A stretch of 64,000 nt of DNA, taken from the NCBI RefSeq assembly GCF_003704095.1, contig NW_020844152.1, forward strand, positions 1 to 64,000, written 5' to 3'. Made by a program: the position numbers and the translations under genes. The notes under the pieces were generated by a model. It did no database searches, was not told the origin of the DNA, and saw only the letters and a list, made by a program, of their open reading frames with translations. The DNA is from Pocillopora damicornis (Eukaryota). Positions within the stretch are counted from its first letter, which is position 1; each line of letters starts with the position of its first letter. Of the stretch, positions 37,301 to 49,476 are shown in pieces.

Positions 37301-39921
37301 AGATGAATTGATCCACTACAAAGAAACAAAAAACATGCTGATTTTGTCTTTTGTTCTACAAACTGTTTGAGTCGTGTTCAACTCAGCAGTTAGCACATCA
37401 AACTGTTTCAACAGGCAGAAAGTGAAACATTGTAGAATTATTTCGAAGCCTACGAATGCTCTAGTATCAGCACGAACCAGCGCTCCTCTCCTCTTCACCA
37501 TTTGATATTAAAAATGTTAGAAAGTCAAGGCAAAAAACAGGGGAGAAATATCACGTACTCATCTATGCACTTTCAATAATTTTGTTACTTTGTTGTTGTT
37601 CTTGTTGTTGTTATTTTTTTTAAGGACTGTCTGTTGTTTTCTTTGCAGATGGTAGCTTTCCTTGTGACGTGTATAATCTTGGTGATTGTTGTGGGGATCC
37701 AGACCATTATTGCCGCCTTGGCATATATTTTATGGCGTCTGTTCAGGAACGCTACAGACTGTTCTACCTTTGCTGGAAGATGTCACTGTCGAGCCACCGA
37801 CGGACAAAGGATTCCCATGGATCGTAAGTACCGCACAATTCAGTACTTAACAACAGTTAAGGACGCTCAAGGACGTTCTCGAATGCGGAAAGCTTAACTC
37901 TATCAGCGGCCTCTTCGTGAGAATCCTTGAAGTGACGGGTGACATTTTTGCGAGGCTGTCGCGTGTCTCACCTCGCGCGACAGGAGCTCTTTCCTCGCGA
38001 ATCTCACCCCTCACGCTCGCTTCGCGATGTTCTCCCTTCTGCTGAAAAACAAAAATTGACGCACATTCTATAAGTTAGAAAAGACTTCCTTATAAAGTCT
38101 TACACGAACTCCCGTATGCCACAACCTCCATTTACGGACGATATCCCTCTAAATTCATGTCTACCCACAACGGCTGAGGGTGAGTTGCCTGGGCGTGGAG
38201 GGGAAGCGGTTAAGACTTTGAAGAAGCTTGGGTATGGGTGTGTCGCTTAGACCTTCAAACCTTGACCCGTTTTAAAGTCTTCAAAAGAAAAGACAAGACC
38301 TCATCCTTTCTTAGAATAAGTTTGTTCATTCCTAACCATTTCTACGGCAACAATTGTGGAACATCATCCTTAGAGAGCATCTATTAGCATTCCGAGACGG
38401 AAGTTTTAAAATTAGAGTTAAGGAGCAAATATTTAGTAGCACCGCGCAAGTAATTAAACTGTGGTACATACAGTCAAGTTAAGGACCTTGTTTGAAGCTT
38501 CCGATCAAGAAGTACACTCTATTCAGGATGATAAACAGCAAAATGCAATTAAACATGACGAGAATGTTCTCCTGGGGGAGGAGGGGGATATGGACAGTGG
38601 GACAGTGGGACAGTGGGACAGTGTCAAATTATTTAAAAAAGAAACGTAAGACTGGGGTACACTTCACAGTAACAAAAGAGTTAATGCAGATCCCTTGTTT
38701 GCCAAAAATTATACGTGAAATTCATTTATTGGTTGATTTCTTTGGTTGAGGCAATTATTTAGTGTACATTTCTATAAAATTAAGCCCAGCAGAACCTCCG
38801 ACCTGATCACTAGCCTTTAAAAGACTGTAACTGTTTCATAGAGACTTACTAGATCCTTTGATAGCAATTTTCGCTGTTTTCTTTTGTCAGTGGAAACATG
38901 TGACGTGATCACCGCCATCGACAGCCTCTTCCTGTCAATGACAATTTTCTCCGCCTTTGGTACCGTCATCTCACTTGCTGGCTCTGTTCTGGGATGTATG
39001 GGAACATGTTGCGCAAGAACTCAGGTAGTAAAGTTTGATCGCTATATTTGTTTATCTTTAATCATTTTCTCTTGCTCAGTAATTTCATTCCCCGCTGACT
39101 TAGCCCACGAACTACCCTCACCATTAGCACTACAGGACAAGTTTCTTCACTCACGAGAAATCGTGTGCCGCGGTGAGGGTTCTGCAAGGGATCGTACAAT
39201 GAAAATGTCAGGCTCCTGACACCTTTACCTGTCTCGTCTCTCGTGCGGAGAACGCGCGTCCTGCAGACTACAAGTGACTTTGGGCGTTTGTGCATCAAAA
39301 GAATTGCGGCCGCACCGCATGCACCCGTGAATACAAGCCATGGCAATTTGAGGGATTGTGGGTATCACAAGGACGACATACTATTCGTGAAAAGAATGAA
39401 GGGGTTAAGTTTCTAAGGAAACTGTGGTGCTGCGTTGGTGGGGAAGCATAACAAAATAATCTGGTTCTATTAAATGAGTTGATAATGTAAATTGGCCACT
39501 GTAAAGAGTTTCAAAGCTGACATTTCGGGCGTTGGCCCTTCGTAAGAGCGAATACTATTAATCAGTTTACTTCATGCTTTAATGACTGTTTTTGTTAGTA
39601 ATGGTTTAATGGAGTTCTTATCTCATGAGCATCTCCGTTGAAACTACAATGTCCAGTTCCCTATTTCATTTCTATTCATTATAGCAGCCAGGAGCAGTCG
39701 TTGTAGTCCAGCAGCCATCCGGTACCCAGTCTACTGTGGTCTACACTGCCCCTCAGTACACTGGAGAGGGCTACCCAGTCCAGTACCCTATGGCTCAACC
39801 TGGACAATATCCTGCACAGAATGCTGCAGCCCCAATGGGCCACTATCCTCCACCCCAGTACTCTGCCACTGCACCAGGTGGAGTACAGCATGGAGCTGAG
39901 GCAATACCACCCAAAGCATAG
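34394..39921 (+). CDS. Four-TM membrane protein (MS4A/CD20-like) with Pro/Gln/Tyr-rich tail, ~250 aa
   Basis: Exons 34394-34543, 36445-36501, 37649-37823, 38891-39024, 39685-39921 are in phase. Four hydrophobic segments, a GLWSG motif, a Cys-rich loop between TM3 and TM4, GCMGTCC after TM4, and a tail with YPPPQY. Confidence 0.78.
35575..35789. mobile_element. TTAA-MITE copy (related subfamily)
   Basis: ttaaccctttaactcc...gggagttaataataataaggttaa. Confidence 0.7.
36124..36174. repeat. 23-bp tandem duplication inside a MITE remnant
   Basis: gctaacgtaaggagaaatgactt x2 plus a partial third copy. Confidence 0.8.
39516..39549 (-). ncRNA. Degenerate minimal type I hammerhead ribozyme within a Penelope-like repeat remnant (~39400-39552)
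   Basis: Minus strand reads GCT-CTTACGA-AGGGC-CAAC-GCCC-GAAA-TGTC-AGC: stem I GCT/AGC, core CUGANGA mutated to CUUACGA, stem II GGGC/GCCC, then GAAA...UC. Confidence 0.55.
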
Positions 39922-40620
39922 TGGGACATTTGAAGTCTAAGCCAGTGTCTGGAAAGGACAGTACCTTTTGCTTTTGCCATAAACGTATGGCATTAATTTG
40001 TAGAACAATAGAACAAGTTTCCAACAAAACAAGACATAAATACTTTTCCTTTAGAAATGTGATGTTTGAAGATTTATGCCAATTTTGTGCACACAGGTTC
40101 ATTTGGATGAGATCATTCCATTTGTTACATTTTTTCTAGATAAAAATTTCCTAAAAAGTATCTGTGTACTGAATTTAAGGAGAAAATTTACCATGTCAAT
40201 GGCTTCACCGTTGAAATAACAAAAGGCTTCTCTTGTCCAAGTTTCATCAAGAACTTCTCAAACCACAATCAAACTATGCTAATATTCAACCTACTTTCCT
40301 TTTTAACCTTTTGCTGCAAACCTTTTGAAGAATTAGAACTATATGTTATGCTGTTTGTAGTTAAAACATATTGGATATAGTTTGTCATAGAAACACTTTG
40401 AAAATAGCTGTTGATTGTAATTAGATATTATAACAAATTGTCTTGTCTACCCATTAAAGTTATTACACTCTACACAGTGAGGATGTTAACTTGTTCTTTC
40501 TTGTGACATATTGGTAGCATTCAGGCTATTCCTTCTGATCAAATGTGTTTTACTTGCATGAAGCACAGCATCATTGCTGAACAATTATTTCACCATTTGA
40601 TTTTGATAGAAATCGTCATG

Positions 40621-43600
40621 CTACCTATTAGCCCGCTCATAGAAAAGCATGTAAGCACAGCTTGATAAAGCTTGATCTCGTGAAGTCACCTCCACTAGTT
40701 CATCAGATGTGTAAAGCCATTTTGAACCCTGCTCATTGCCCTGTGGCAATTCAAATCTGCGATAAGTAATATAATGGCCATCATCAACAGTTCCCATATG
40801 AACAATAACTGCCATCAGCTTGAAAACTGCCTGGCCTGTACTGTAAGAAAAAGAAGTTCTTATCAGCAAAGCTATTACAGTTCTTGACCTTTGCAATGAG
40901 AACAGGGTTTTCCAAGCTCTCTCAGCATTATTACTTTCATAATAAGTGCTCGTAAGCATCACATACATCTCATTTCACCCTCTTTGACCCTAATTTGTCC
41001 CCCAAGAGAGACTAGCATCTAATTTCTCCTTGCAAGATAGCAAGAATAAATAAAATGATCACCAACTAATGAAGCTGTTGATTTTGAACAAATTCTCCTT
41101 GTCAGCACTCTATGAAATGTATGGAGAACAGTATTGAGAATAAGGATACTGTTGCTTGGGTGTTAAAGGTTAAAACTCTGTGTTTCATAGATCAATTCTA
41201 CTGAGTTGTCAAAAGTGCATTATGAACAAGATAACCTGGGACAGCCTTATAGCCTGAGGATATAAATGCCTTTGCCCTTTCAATCTGTTCTGAGTGTCAA
41301 AAGTACATACACCTAGACTACCAATTTTATTGTAATGAATTACACTCAATGCAAGTGGATTACTGAAAAGAAGTATTAAAATATTATTCAGCTAGTGTCC
41401 TAAACAAAGAAAAAGCAAACAATTGATGATGAAAAATGGAGAGTAAAGAGCATAAACTTTCTTTCACTCTCTATACCCTCCCTAGACATTTCCTAAGGTG
41501 CTGACAAAGAGAAATAATGTAGCAATCAAGAGCTTCTTTGTGGGTGATCATTCCCTTTATTCTCTTTACCTTGATTTTTGTTTCAGGTGTGAAATTGTCA
41601 GGAGAAATTAGATGCTAATCACTCTTAGGAGTTAAATGGTTAACAAAAGAAAAAAAATCAGTTGAAAAGAGCTAATGGAATTTTTTAAAAAAATTATTTT
41701 CAATTTACCTCTTTTTGCCTGCATTTGCAAAGGACGTAACCAGTTCATCCAAATAATCATTAAAATATCCTCCATTGGCTGCCGAAAGTTGAAGGCCTCC
41801 ATTTGTCAGGGAACCCAACTTCTTACTGGGATGTTCCTTCCCTTGGTCTTTTTTGGGAAAGTTGTCTGAGTCTAAGGGCTCATATAAAAAGGGCTTCATG
41901 TTAAGGAACTCTGGAAACTTGATGAATGAGTTATTTTTGAATGGAATCCCATTAGAATGCCAATATGTCCTCTGAATGTGGAAGCAGAGACATTGTGGTA
42001 GCTTAAAAATTGACAAGAAAAAAAGTGTTAGAAGAAGGCATCAAAAAAGCTGCTTTAGCTGATTTTGCCATTCCCAGCGAGACAAAATCGATATTTGTAA
42101 GTTAGTACTTAACCCTCTGCATCCTAGTTATCAGTGTGCATATTCTCCACAGTGTTCACAATGCATTTCCTATGATAATGACAAGGAGAATTTGTCAAGC
42201 TAATGATCATTCACTTTCTTCTCATGACCTTAATGTTTGATTCAGTGGTGATACTGTGAGGAGAAACTAATAGTTGGTCACTCTTTTGGGTTGAAGGGTT
42301 AATAATCAAAAGCAAAATGATGCAAAGTTACTTTTCCAAGAGTAAGTCGCTTAATAAAAGTCGTGCGAATAGAGCTGGTCGAGTCATCTGTGTTTTGTCG
42401 CTGTTGACATCCATGACATTCCACAGCATCCACTGTCTCTGAACACACAAATCTGCGCAGAAGATCCTCTAATCTCAAGCCCTTCTGTAACAGAATTACA
42501 GAGCAATCGTAAGACTGTGTAGTTGAAAGAATGAACGACACAGAAGTGCTTTTGGTCAGCAGTGAGAGAGGAAAAGGTCATTTGCTTCACTGCTCATAAA
42601 TACTGCTACTAATTTGTTTTGAGGCAAAAAAATGATCACAATAAAGTGGACATGTAGATATGATAATAATGAATGTCAACAAACTGGGATGTGCAAATGA
42701 AGAGTGGAGATGAAGCAAAACTAACAAGCTAGAAAAAAGAATGCAGGCAGAAGTTGTTATCTTGGTCTAACACCAAATCATCATAAATACTGTGGCAGCT
42801 AGAGACTGGGAGAACTGACAATCAGACAATCAGACAATCAGATCTTGAGAGTTGAAGGGTTAAGCTATGATACCTGGAAAGTTGTTGGTAGACTAAGTGA
42901 CAGGCTGTCATAACTGTCAAACTTGACGGGACACTGTAAAAACACAGAACAATTATTAAAATACAAAGAAGTAGTGAATAGTCCATTGATTGTCAACGTC
43001 TAGTAAAGTTTTAGAGGTGACTCAGAGCATGGTTAACAAAACGTAAGTCACAGAACACCTTTTAAACAAGGTTACCATAGTATAAAGTGACAATGAGCAT
43101 CACATTAGAAAATAAAAGAAAATATATTAACGGCTACATAAGTGAAAATATCAATAGCACAGTAGTTATCAAACAATTGCTACCTCAGTTTGGTGGGAAA
43201 AATTATAAATGAGTCATTTACCTTGGTAGCACACTGCTTACACACCAACTGACTTGCCAACAAGCCATGAAATGGTAAATGAAGTTTTTTACATTTTCTA
43301 CTAAGAGGGACTAAAAGCAAATAAACATCAGAGTTCAGGAGAGATTTTAAATACATGCATCTACATTTAGAGAGGAAAATGAGCAAATTCATGCTGATGA
43401 ATCATCCTTGGGCCCACCAACATTTACACAGCATTATTGTTTTCAAAACACCAAATAGCACAAAACTCTTTAATTGAGTGAAACAAAAACATAAAATTAA
43501 ATACCTTTGTTTCTGTGTACCATGGATTTGTTGTCGTCAATGGAATCATCAGTTTTCTGCACAGGAAGAGTGGTAGGCACTTACTACACAAAACAATAGC

Positions 43601-46415
43601 AAGAAATGCAGTGGCCTAATATGTAGAATACTTTACTCCAAGTCAAAAGAAAAAGGTTCACGACCTTGCTAGGTCATCAAGTTTTATTCTAAGGTGAGAC
43701 ACTCTACCCTCACAGCACCCCCCCCCACCCCCCTTCGCCTGGGAGTATAAATAGGTACTGAGAACTGTTAGGGAAACCTGATGATAAAATAAAAGGGGGG
43801 GAGGAAGGGGGGTTAACTTGTAATGGACTAGCATCCCACCCTTAGAAAGAGATGGCACTCTATGTAAACCTAGCTTTATGCTACAGAAAATAAGGTTAGC
43901 TCTGGTCAAGAAGGCCATGAGGGTTGTTGTGTATTCATTTAGTTCAGACATTCACTCTCTAATTGCTTCTGTATTCTGTCTTTATTTATCAGTCAAGCAT
44001 CTAATAAGCTGGTACAATCATGTTCCTCGATTAAAGAACATTTACAGCATTCCAGGGCGTGAAATTGTGCCTAATACAGGCGCCAACGTGACTAAATTTT
44101 TCCCTTTGGCAACCAAATCCTGAAAATTAGTCGCCAAATTGGCAACTAGAATGTTTCATCATAGCCTTACCTAGAGATATAGTGAATTAAAAAGATTTGC
44201 AAAGACAAATCCGTGGCAAACTTCCTTGTTAAGTTTGTTTCCAAAACACAGCAGATGCATCTCGATCGATAACTAGACGCCATCTTGGATTTAGGTGAGC
44301 TTAAACATTGCATATCATCCATCCTAGTGTCCCCTTTGTAGCATGTTAAAGATCTTTTCCCTAACTTAATTTCTAGAATGATGACAGTGTAAAAAAAAGG
44401 TTTTGTTTGTCTTTCAAAATGGCAACCAACTTTTTTTAAATTGGCTACCACTTTGATGAATTTAGGAGCCAAATGGCTATCAGAAAAAAAAAATTAATTT
44501 CACGCCCTGCATTCAGTAGTCCCACAGTGATATCAATAATATCAGTGCAGAGCACTTTTACTATATGCTCAGTATACTACAAGGTTGGAGTGAAGAGGGT
44601 GCACACCTTCAATCTGGAAAAAACATGTTTTGCTAGCAATAACCAATTTCAACATCTATAACAAAGTTATAGAGCAGAGCACTTCAAAAAGCTTACAAAC
44701 AGCAGCATTAAGTTTCAAAATTCACTCATCACTTACTTCTATAATCGCAATATCACTGAGGTCCATCACATTGGGAAGATCCCCCTGTGAAATGAATGCT
44801 CAATACTGAAAATTGACTGTCTAATTATAAAGAGGGTACCTTGGATAATCACTTATACAATAATTAAAATTAATATGACAGAGCAATGACTACTTAACAA
44901 AACACAATTAAATTTGTGAAATAATTCATAGCCGGTACAAGAGGATGTTATTCTCACCATTTCATCATTAAGAGTTGAAGAAAGTACATGGAAGAACTCA
45001 TGGGCATCCTAATAAAGGAAAGAGTATCATGTGGTGTCAATTTAAAAAAAAAATTAAACAACAAAAAAAGAATCTCTGTGGAACACCCATAGTACTGTTT
45101 AAGAATTTTTTAAAAGGTGGAATTCAGGTGAGTAGTAAGATGCAATCCTGTCCTCGCAGGAATGTTTTCATTAGACAAATAGTGAAAAAGCCTCACAGGT
45201 CTAATGAGAGGGAGGGGGATGGGAGATCCTCTCTCTAAATAAGGCACTGTGGTTTATTCGCTTACCTGCTGGTCTGTAGGTATGACCCAACCATGTGACC
45301 CAAGAGCATTTAATACAAAATCAGGATTAATGACATCATCTCCTTCAAAACAACCATTGTTTAGAGCTACAAATAAAATATACATATTATGAGGACTGAT
45401 CATAAAGATATTAAAAAAAGTTATACAACAACTAACAATAAAACGCTGTACAAACCAGTAACTAGTGTTCTCAACTCTTTTCCTAAACTTGAGAAAGTTT
45501 TTCCATCATCATCAACAGAAAAATCTTCTAACCATGCCACAAATGATGGTAAGAATGCAATTCCCTTGAGATAAAAAGAACCATAAGTTGAACAGGAGAC
45601 TACTCAGTAATATTTAAATAGAACTTTTAAATTAGCGATGCAAGTTCTCCACCATAAAAAGATGGCAGTCCACACCATCTTTATAAAAAAATATCCCCTT
45701 TATAACTAGATGTCACTCCACCTGATATCTGTCTAGGCTTGAAATCCAGATTTATAAATACAAACCTGTAATATAGAATTCATAAAACAAGTATTGCCAA
45801 GATTGACAAGACCTGGAGGGCGATCTGTTGATATAACAGCAAAGTAACAATTATGGACATCACTACAACATATACATCAAAATTCTGGTAAGATGTTTAC
45901 CTCTTTTATATCAACATTTTTGAGGCATGTAGTTTACACTTTAAAATAGAAGCAGTTCTAATATTGCTTTTTCTCTATTCATATAATTATTTTGGACAAA
46001 CGTCATAATAGTTATAACGCCAGTCATTGATCAAGTTTCTTAACTGAAGCTCATTCTCAAACTGAATTTACGAGCAAAGTAGCTCAAACATCGAGGTAAT
46101 TTGACATCAAAAGCTTCTTTACTCTTGGTACACACGTTTTTTAAAGAAAGAGGCATCCCATCTTTCTCAAAAAATTATCACTCAGTTACAAAGATCAATC
46201 GACTGATCGACTGGATCAACTAATTTCAACTCAGCTGATGTTTGATATAGATGCTTTGTGACGTGTTTTCGATCTCGGTTAAATGGTTAAGGAAGTAACT
46301 AGTATTTACCCCGCCTGGATTTTTTCTTTTCCTTGCCATCAGGAGCCAAAAATACGTAAAAACTAGCTCCTATTGCCGCAGCGGCTGCAAAAACTGTCGC
46401 ACATCGCCCGTCCAT
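40621..46415 (-). CDS. USP30: Ubiquitin carboxyl-terminal hydrolase 30 (mitochondrial DUB)
   Basis: At least 12 exons, including 46415-46310 (N-terminal TM), 45824-45766 (Cys box GLVNLGNTCFMNSILQ), 45564-45456, 45366-45266 plus 45008-44958 (QQDAHEFF), 42933-42874, 42484-42332, 42001-41709, and 40840-40621 (His box HMGTVDDGHY; WLYTSD carries the USP30-type catalytic Ser; AYMLFYER). Junctions around 43500-44740 are not fully resolved. Confidence 0.92.
42109..42302. mobile_element. TTAA-MITE copy
   Basis: ttaaccctctgc...gggttgaagggttaa. Confidence 0.7.
44053..44509. mobile_element. Non-autonomous hAT-like DNA transposon with 5-bp TSD
   Basis: Perfect 14-bp TIR CAGGGCGTGAAATT (44053-44066 and 44496-44509). 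Flanking direct repeat CATTC (44048-44052, 44510-44514). Subterminal TTGGC(A/T)AC repeats. Confidence 0.85.
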
Positions 46416-46517
46416 GCTTTTCACCCTGTCAAGTTTGAGTACCATTACACAACGTAGTTTTGGTTTGAGAGCACAGCGCTGTACAGCAGTGCATGCAAGA
46501 AGAAACAAAGATGGCGG
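46416..46517. promoter_or_regulatory. Very compact bidirectional promoter USP30/PRKRIP1 with YY1-like site
   Basis: Only 95 bp separate the opposing ATGs (46415 and 46511). AAGATGGCGG overlaps the PRKRIP1 start. Confidence 0.6.
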
Positions 46518-48549
46518 ACGAGAGTGGTTCAAAAGTAAAGAAAATTACATCTACTGAGAAACCAGTTGTTCCTCGTAATCCGACCGAAATACAGAGGATG
46601 AAGTTAGAGAAGCTTTTGAAAGATCCTGTGAGTTGTAGTTTTTTAAAGCGAGGCCATAAAGGTTAGAAACACCAGATAAGTTTCTATAATGGTATTACCG
46701 AGTTAAACTGTGAACTCACGTCATGCTTTGCAGGATAAAACCGTTTCAATTCCTGATCGACCAAAGGAATGGAAACCATCAGATGCACCTGAATTTATTC
46801 GATTTGTAATGGGTAAGGTTTAATCACTAATTTTAAAACTGCTTATCAGTTTACGTATCATGATCAATGATACAAAAAGACTGCAGACAAGTTGTCTTTT
46901 CCGTTCTTTGGGATTTCACACGAAGCTTTCCCCAAGACTGGAATGTGCCGTTTTCTTGCCTTCCTCCTCTAAGGGAGTTGTGTTCTTATCAAAGTGGTTG
47001 GAGGCCAATGACATGTAGTTCCTTAGGAGTTTTCCGAAAGTTCCAAACAAAAAATGAATGCCTAAGGATTTCATTTTTACTCATTTACTTTATGAGTTTC
47101 AGATTAATGTATTTTTCTCAGGAGGGGTTAGGAATTATAAGGTATTTCTTTATTTTTAAAATATTCATTGAAAAACTTCATAGATCATTGAGGTTTTATT
47201 TAGCTACCAACAGAACTTTTTCTGGTATTTAGCAGTTCTTAAAGGATCTGCAAGTGTGCTTGGATTTTTTTTTATGTTTTAAAAAGTAAGAGAAAGTTGC
47301 TCTTTCATTTTGTCATGCAAGGTTCAAGTGCTGGGGCTGGTAGTGGAGAATTTCATGTTTATCGTGCAACAAGAAGAAGAGAATACAACCGAACAGCATA
47401 CATTGAAAAGAAAGCAGAAGAGGTACAAGAAGACATTAATCCTTTACACCCTAACATCATCATGCATATTCTCCATACTGTTCTCTACAAATGCCCTAAG
47501 GTGCTGATAAGGAGAATTTGTGTAACAATCTACAGCTTCTTTGGCTGGTGATCATTTCCTTTATTCTTGTGACCTTAATGTGTGATTCTGCGGTGATATT
47601 GTAAGGAGAAATTATGTGTTAGTCACATTTAGGGGTTAAAGGGTTAAATAGTTGCAGTTTTTCATATTGGTGAAATAGATCAAATTAATCAAGAAAATTG
47701 CACGTTTCTTAATTAATGTGGTTAATTTTGTTGAAGATTGTCTTTTCTCTGGTATGCTGTTTGTCATCTTAAACTGATGATAATTTCAACTTGTTTGCAG
47801 TGTATATTTAGTCCTTGACAGATGTTATTATTTTTAGCATGAACTTGATGAAAGTTTTCATAAAAAGCTTGAAGAAAACCAAAACAAGGCAGATGAAAAA
47901 ACAGCAAAGAAAAGAGCCAAGAGGTGAACGGTTCTCCCCTTTCAAAGACAAACACTTATTTTCTTTAAGAAAACATAATTGATTTCCTGCTTCAAATATG
48001 AATGTGCACATTTTAATCTTGATCAACAAAACAGTAGCAAGTATGACAATTTGTATGTTACTGTTAGTAGGCACAACAGGCCCTCAGTCACTTGTATTTT
48101 ATTCTATCTTAACAACATTTCCTGATGGATATGCATTCAATGCTATAGAAAAAAAAAATTTTTAGAAACTTAGACCAGCATTAAAATGAAATTATGTTTA
48201 ATCAATGGGACTGCTGAGAAAAGCTGTGCTTGATAAGCTTAAGTGCATCACCAGCCACAGATATTTGTGCATTTTGTTTTCCTACAGGCAAAAAAAGAAA
48301 CAGAAAAAGTTAAATGCAAAAAGGAAAAAAGAAGATGTGAAAGAAAAGGATGGTAAGTGACTTGATGGCAAATTAGTACACAGTCTCAGCTCTAAAAAGC
48401 ACAAAAGAGCTGAGTAGAGTGCTTTTTATCAATTGTTATTTCATTTTTCAGGCCATGATAGTAAAAATCGTGCCAGTAGCAGTGATGATGATGATGATGA
48501 TGATCAGGAGGAAGGGAATGAGCCACACTTTGTTATAGGAGGAAAGTAA
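46511..48549 (+). CDS. PRKRIP1: PRKR-interacting protein 1 homolog, 181 aa
   Basis: Exons 46511-46627, 46734-46812, 47322-47422, 47838-47923, 48288-48352, 48452-48549. Signature [17 protein letters not shown]...[18 protein letters not shown], and an acidic tail ending EPHFVIGGK. Confidence 0.95.
47436..47647. mobile_element. TTAA-MITE copy
   Basis: ttaatcctttacaccc...ggggttaaagggttaa, inserted 13 bp downstream of a PRKRIP1 donor site. Confidence 0.75.
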
Positions 48550-49476
48550 CTTTAGAAGTTGACAAATGGCAAAGATCAAAGAGTGATCTCCTTTAGCTGC
48601 CATCTCCTTTTCCAAGCTATTCATTCACTGACAGTAGACAGGCTTTGAAAAGTGGAAACTACAACAGTTTAAGTGAACTGTTATGCAAGATGCATGAATA
48701 CGATACAAGAGTCATGTTTCTAGTCTGACTTTAATTTGTTTCAAATGGATGACAGACCATGGAAAAAAAGATTGACTATTAAAACAAATTTATGGCTGGT
48801 GGTTTCTGAAATAGCTAATCTACTTATTACCAGCAATCATGCTGTCGGCAAAACTTCAGGTAATGCCCTTGGAAAAACAAGCTAGTGGGAACTTTATTAC
48901 TGCCATGAATACAGGAGTTTAGGTTTAAAGATGAGCTTCTTAAATGTAAACTGAATTGCAATGTTACTCAACTGTATGTAACCAAAAGTAAGTGCTGGAA
49001 CTTTATTCAATATGCCATGATAACACCCTCTCAAGTTGAAAGAGATTTGTCTTTTTTTAAATCACATAGTATTGAGGGTTAATTTTTACCTGTTATTTTA
49101 AGTCCTTGAACATTTCTTACATGACAGATATTTATAGATATCCAATAAACAACACCTACATCAACTCACTAAAAACACCACAGAATTTTGTTTGTTAAAA
49201 CAGTGTTCCTATTTGAAAAAGTCAGTATGCTGCTACCACAATGGTTAGAAGTCTAGGTTGCAGCATTTTTGTTATGCAAGCTGCGGCATGGTTTCTTTTT
49301 TCCCAACTAGTCCTGCTGATGTAAATGCAAGCTTGAAATCATCCAAATCTTAGCATCTTGTAATAACAGTAGCACACAGCCTGCCTGTGAACAGTTGTAC
49401 CAAATTTGACAAAGGATCCATCAGCAGGAGAAGTAGTTGAGGAGATCTTTCATTTTAAAACTATTTCTGGTTCTCA

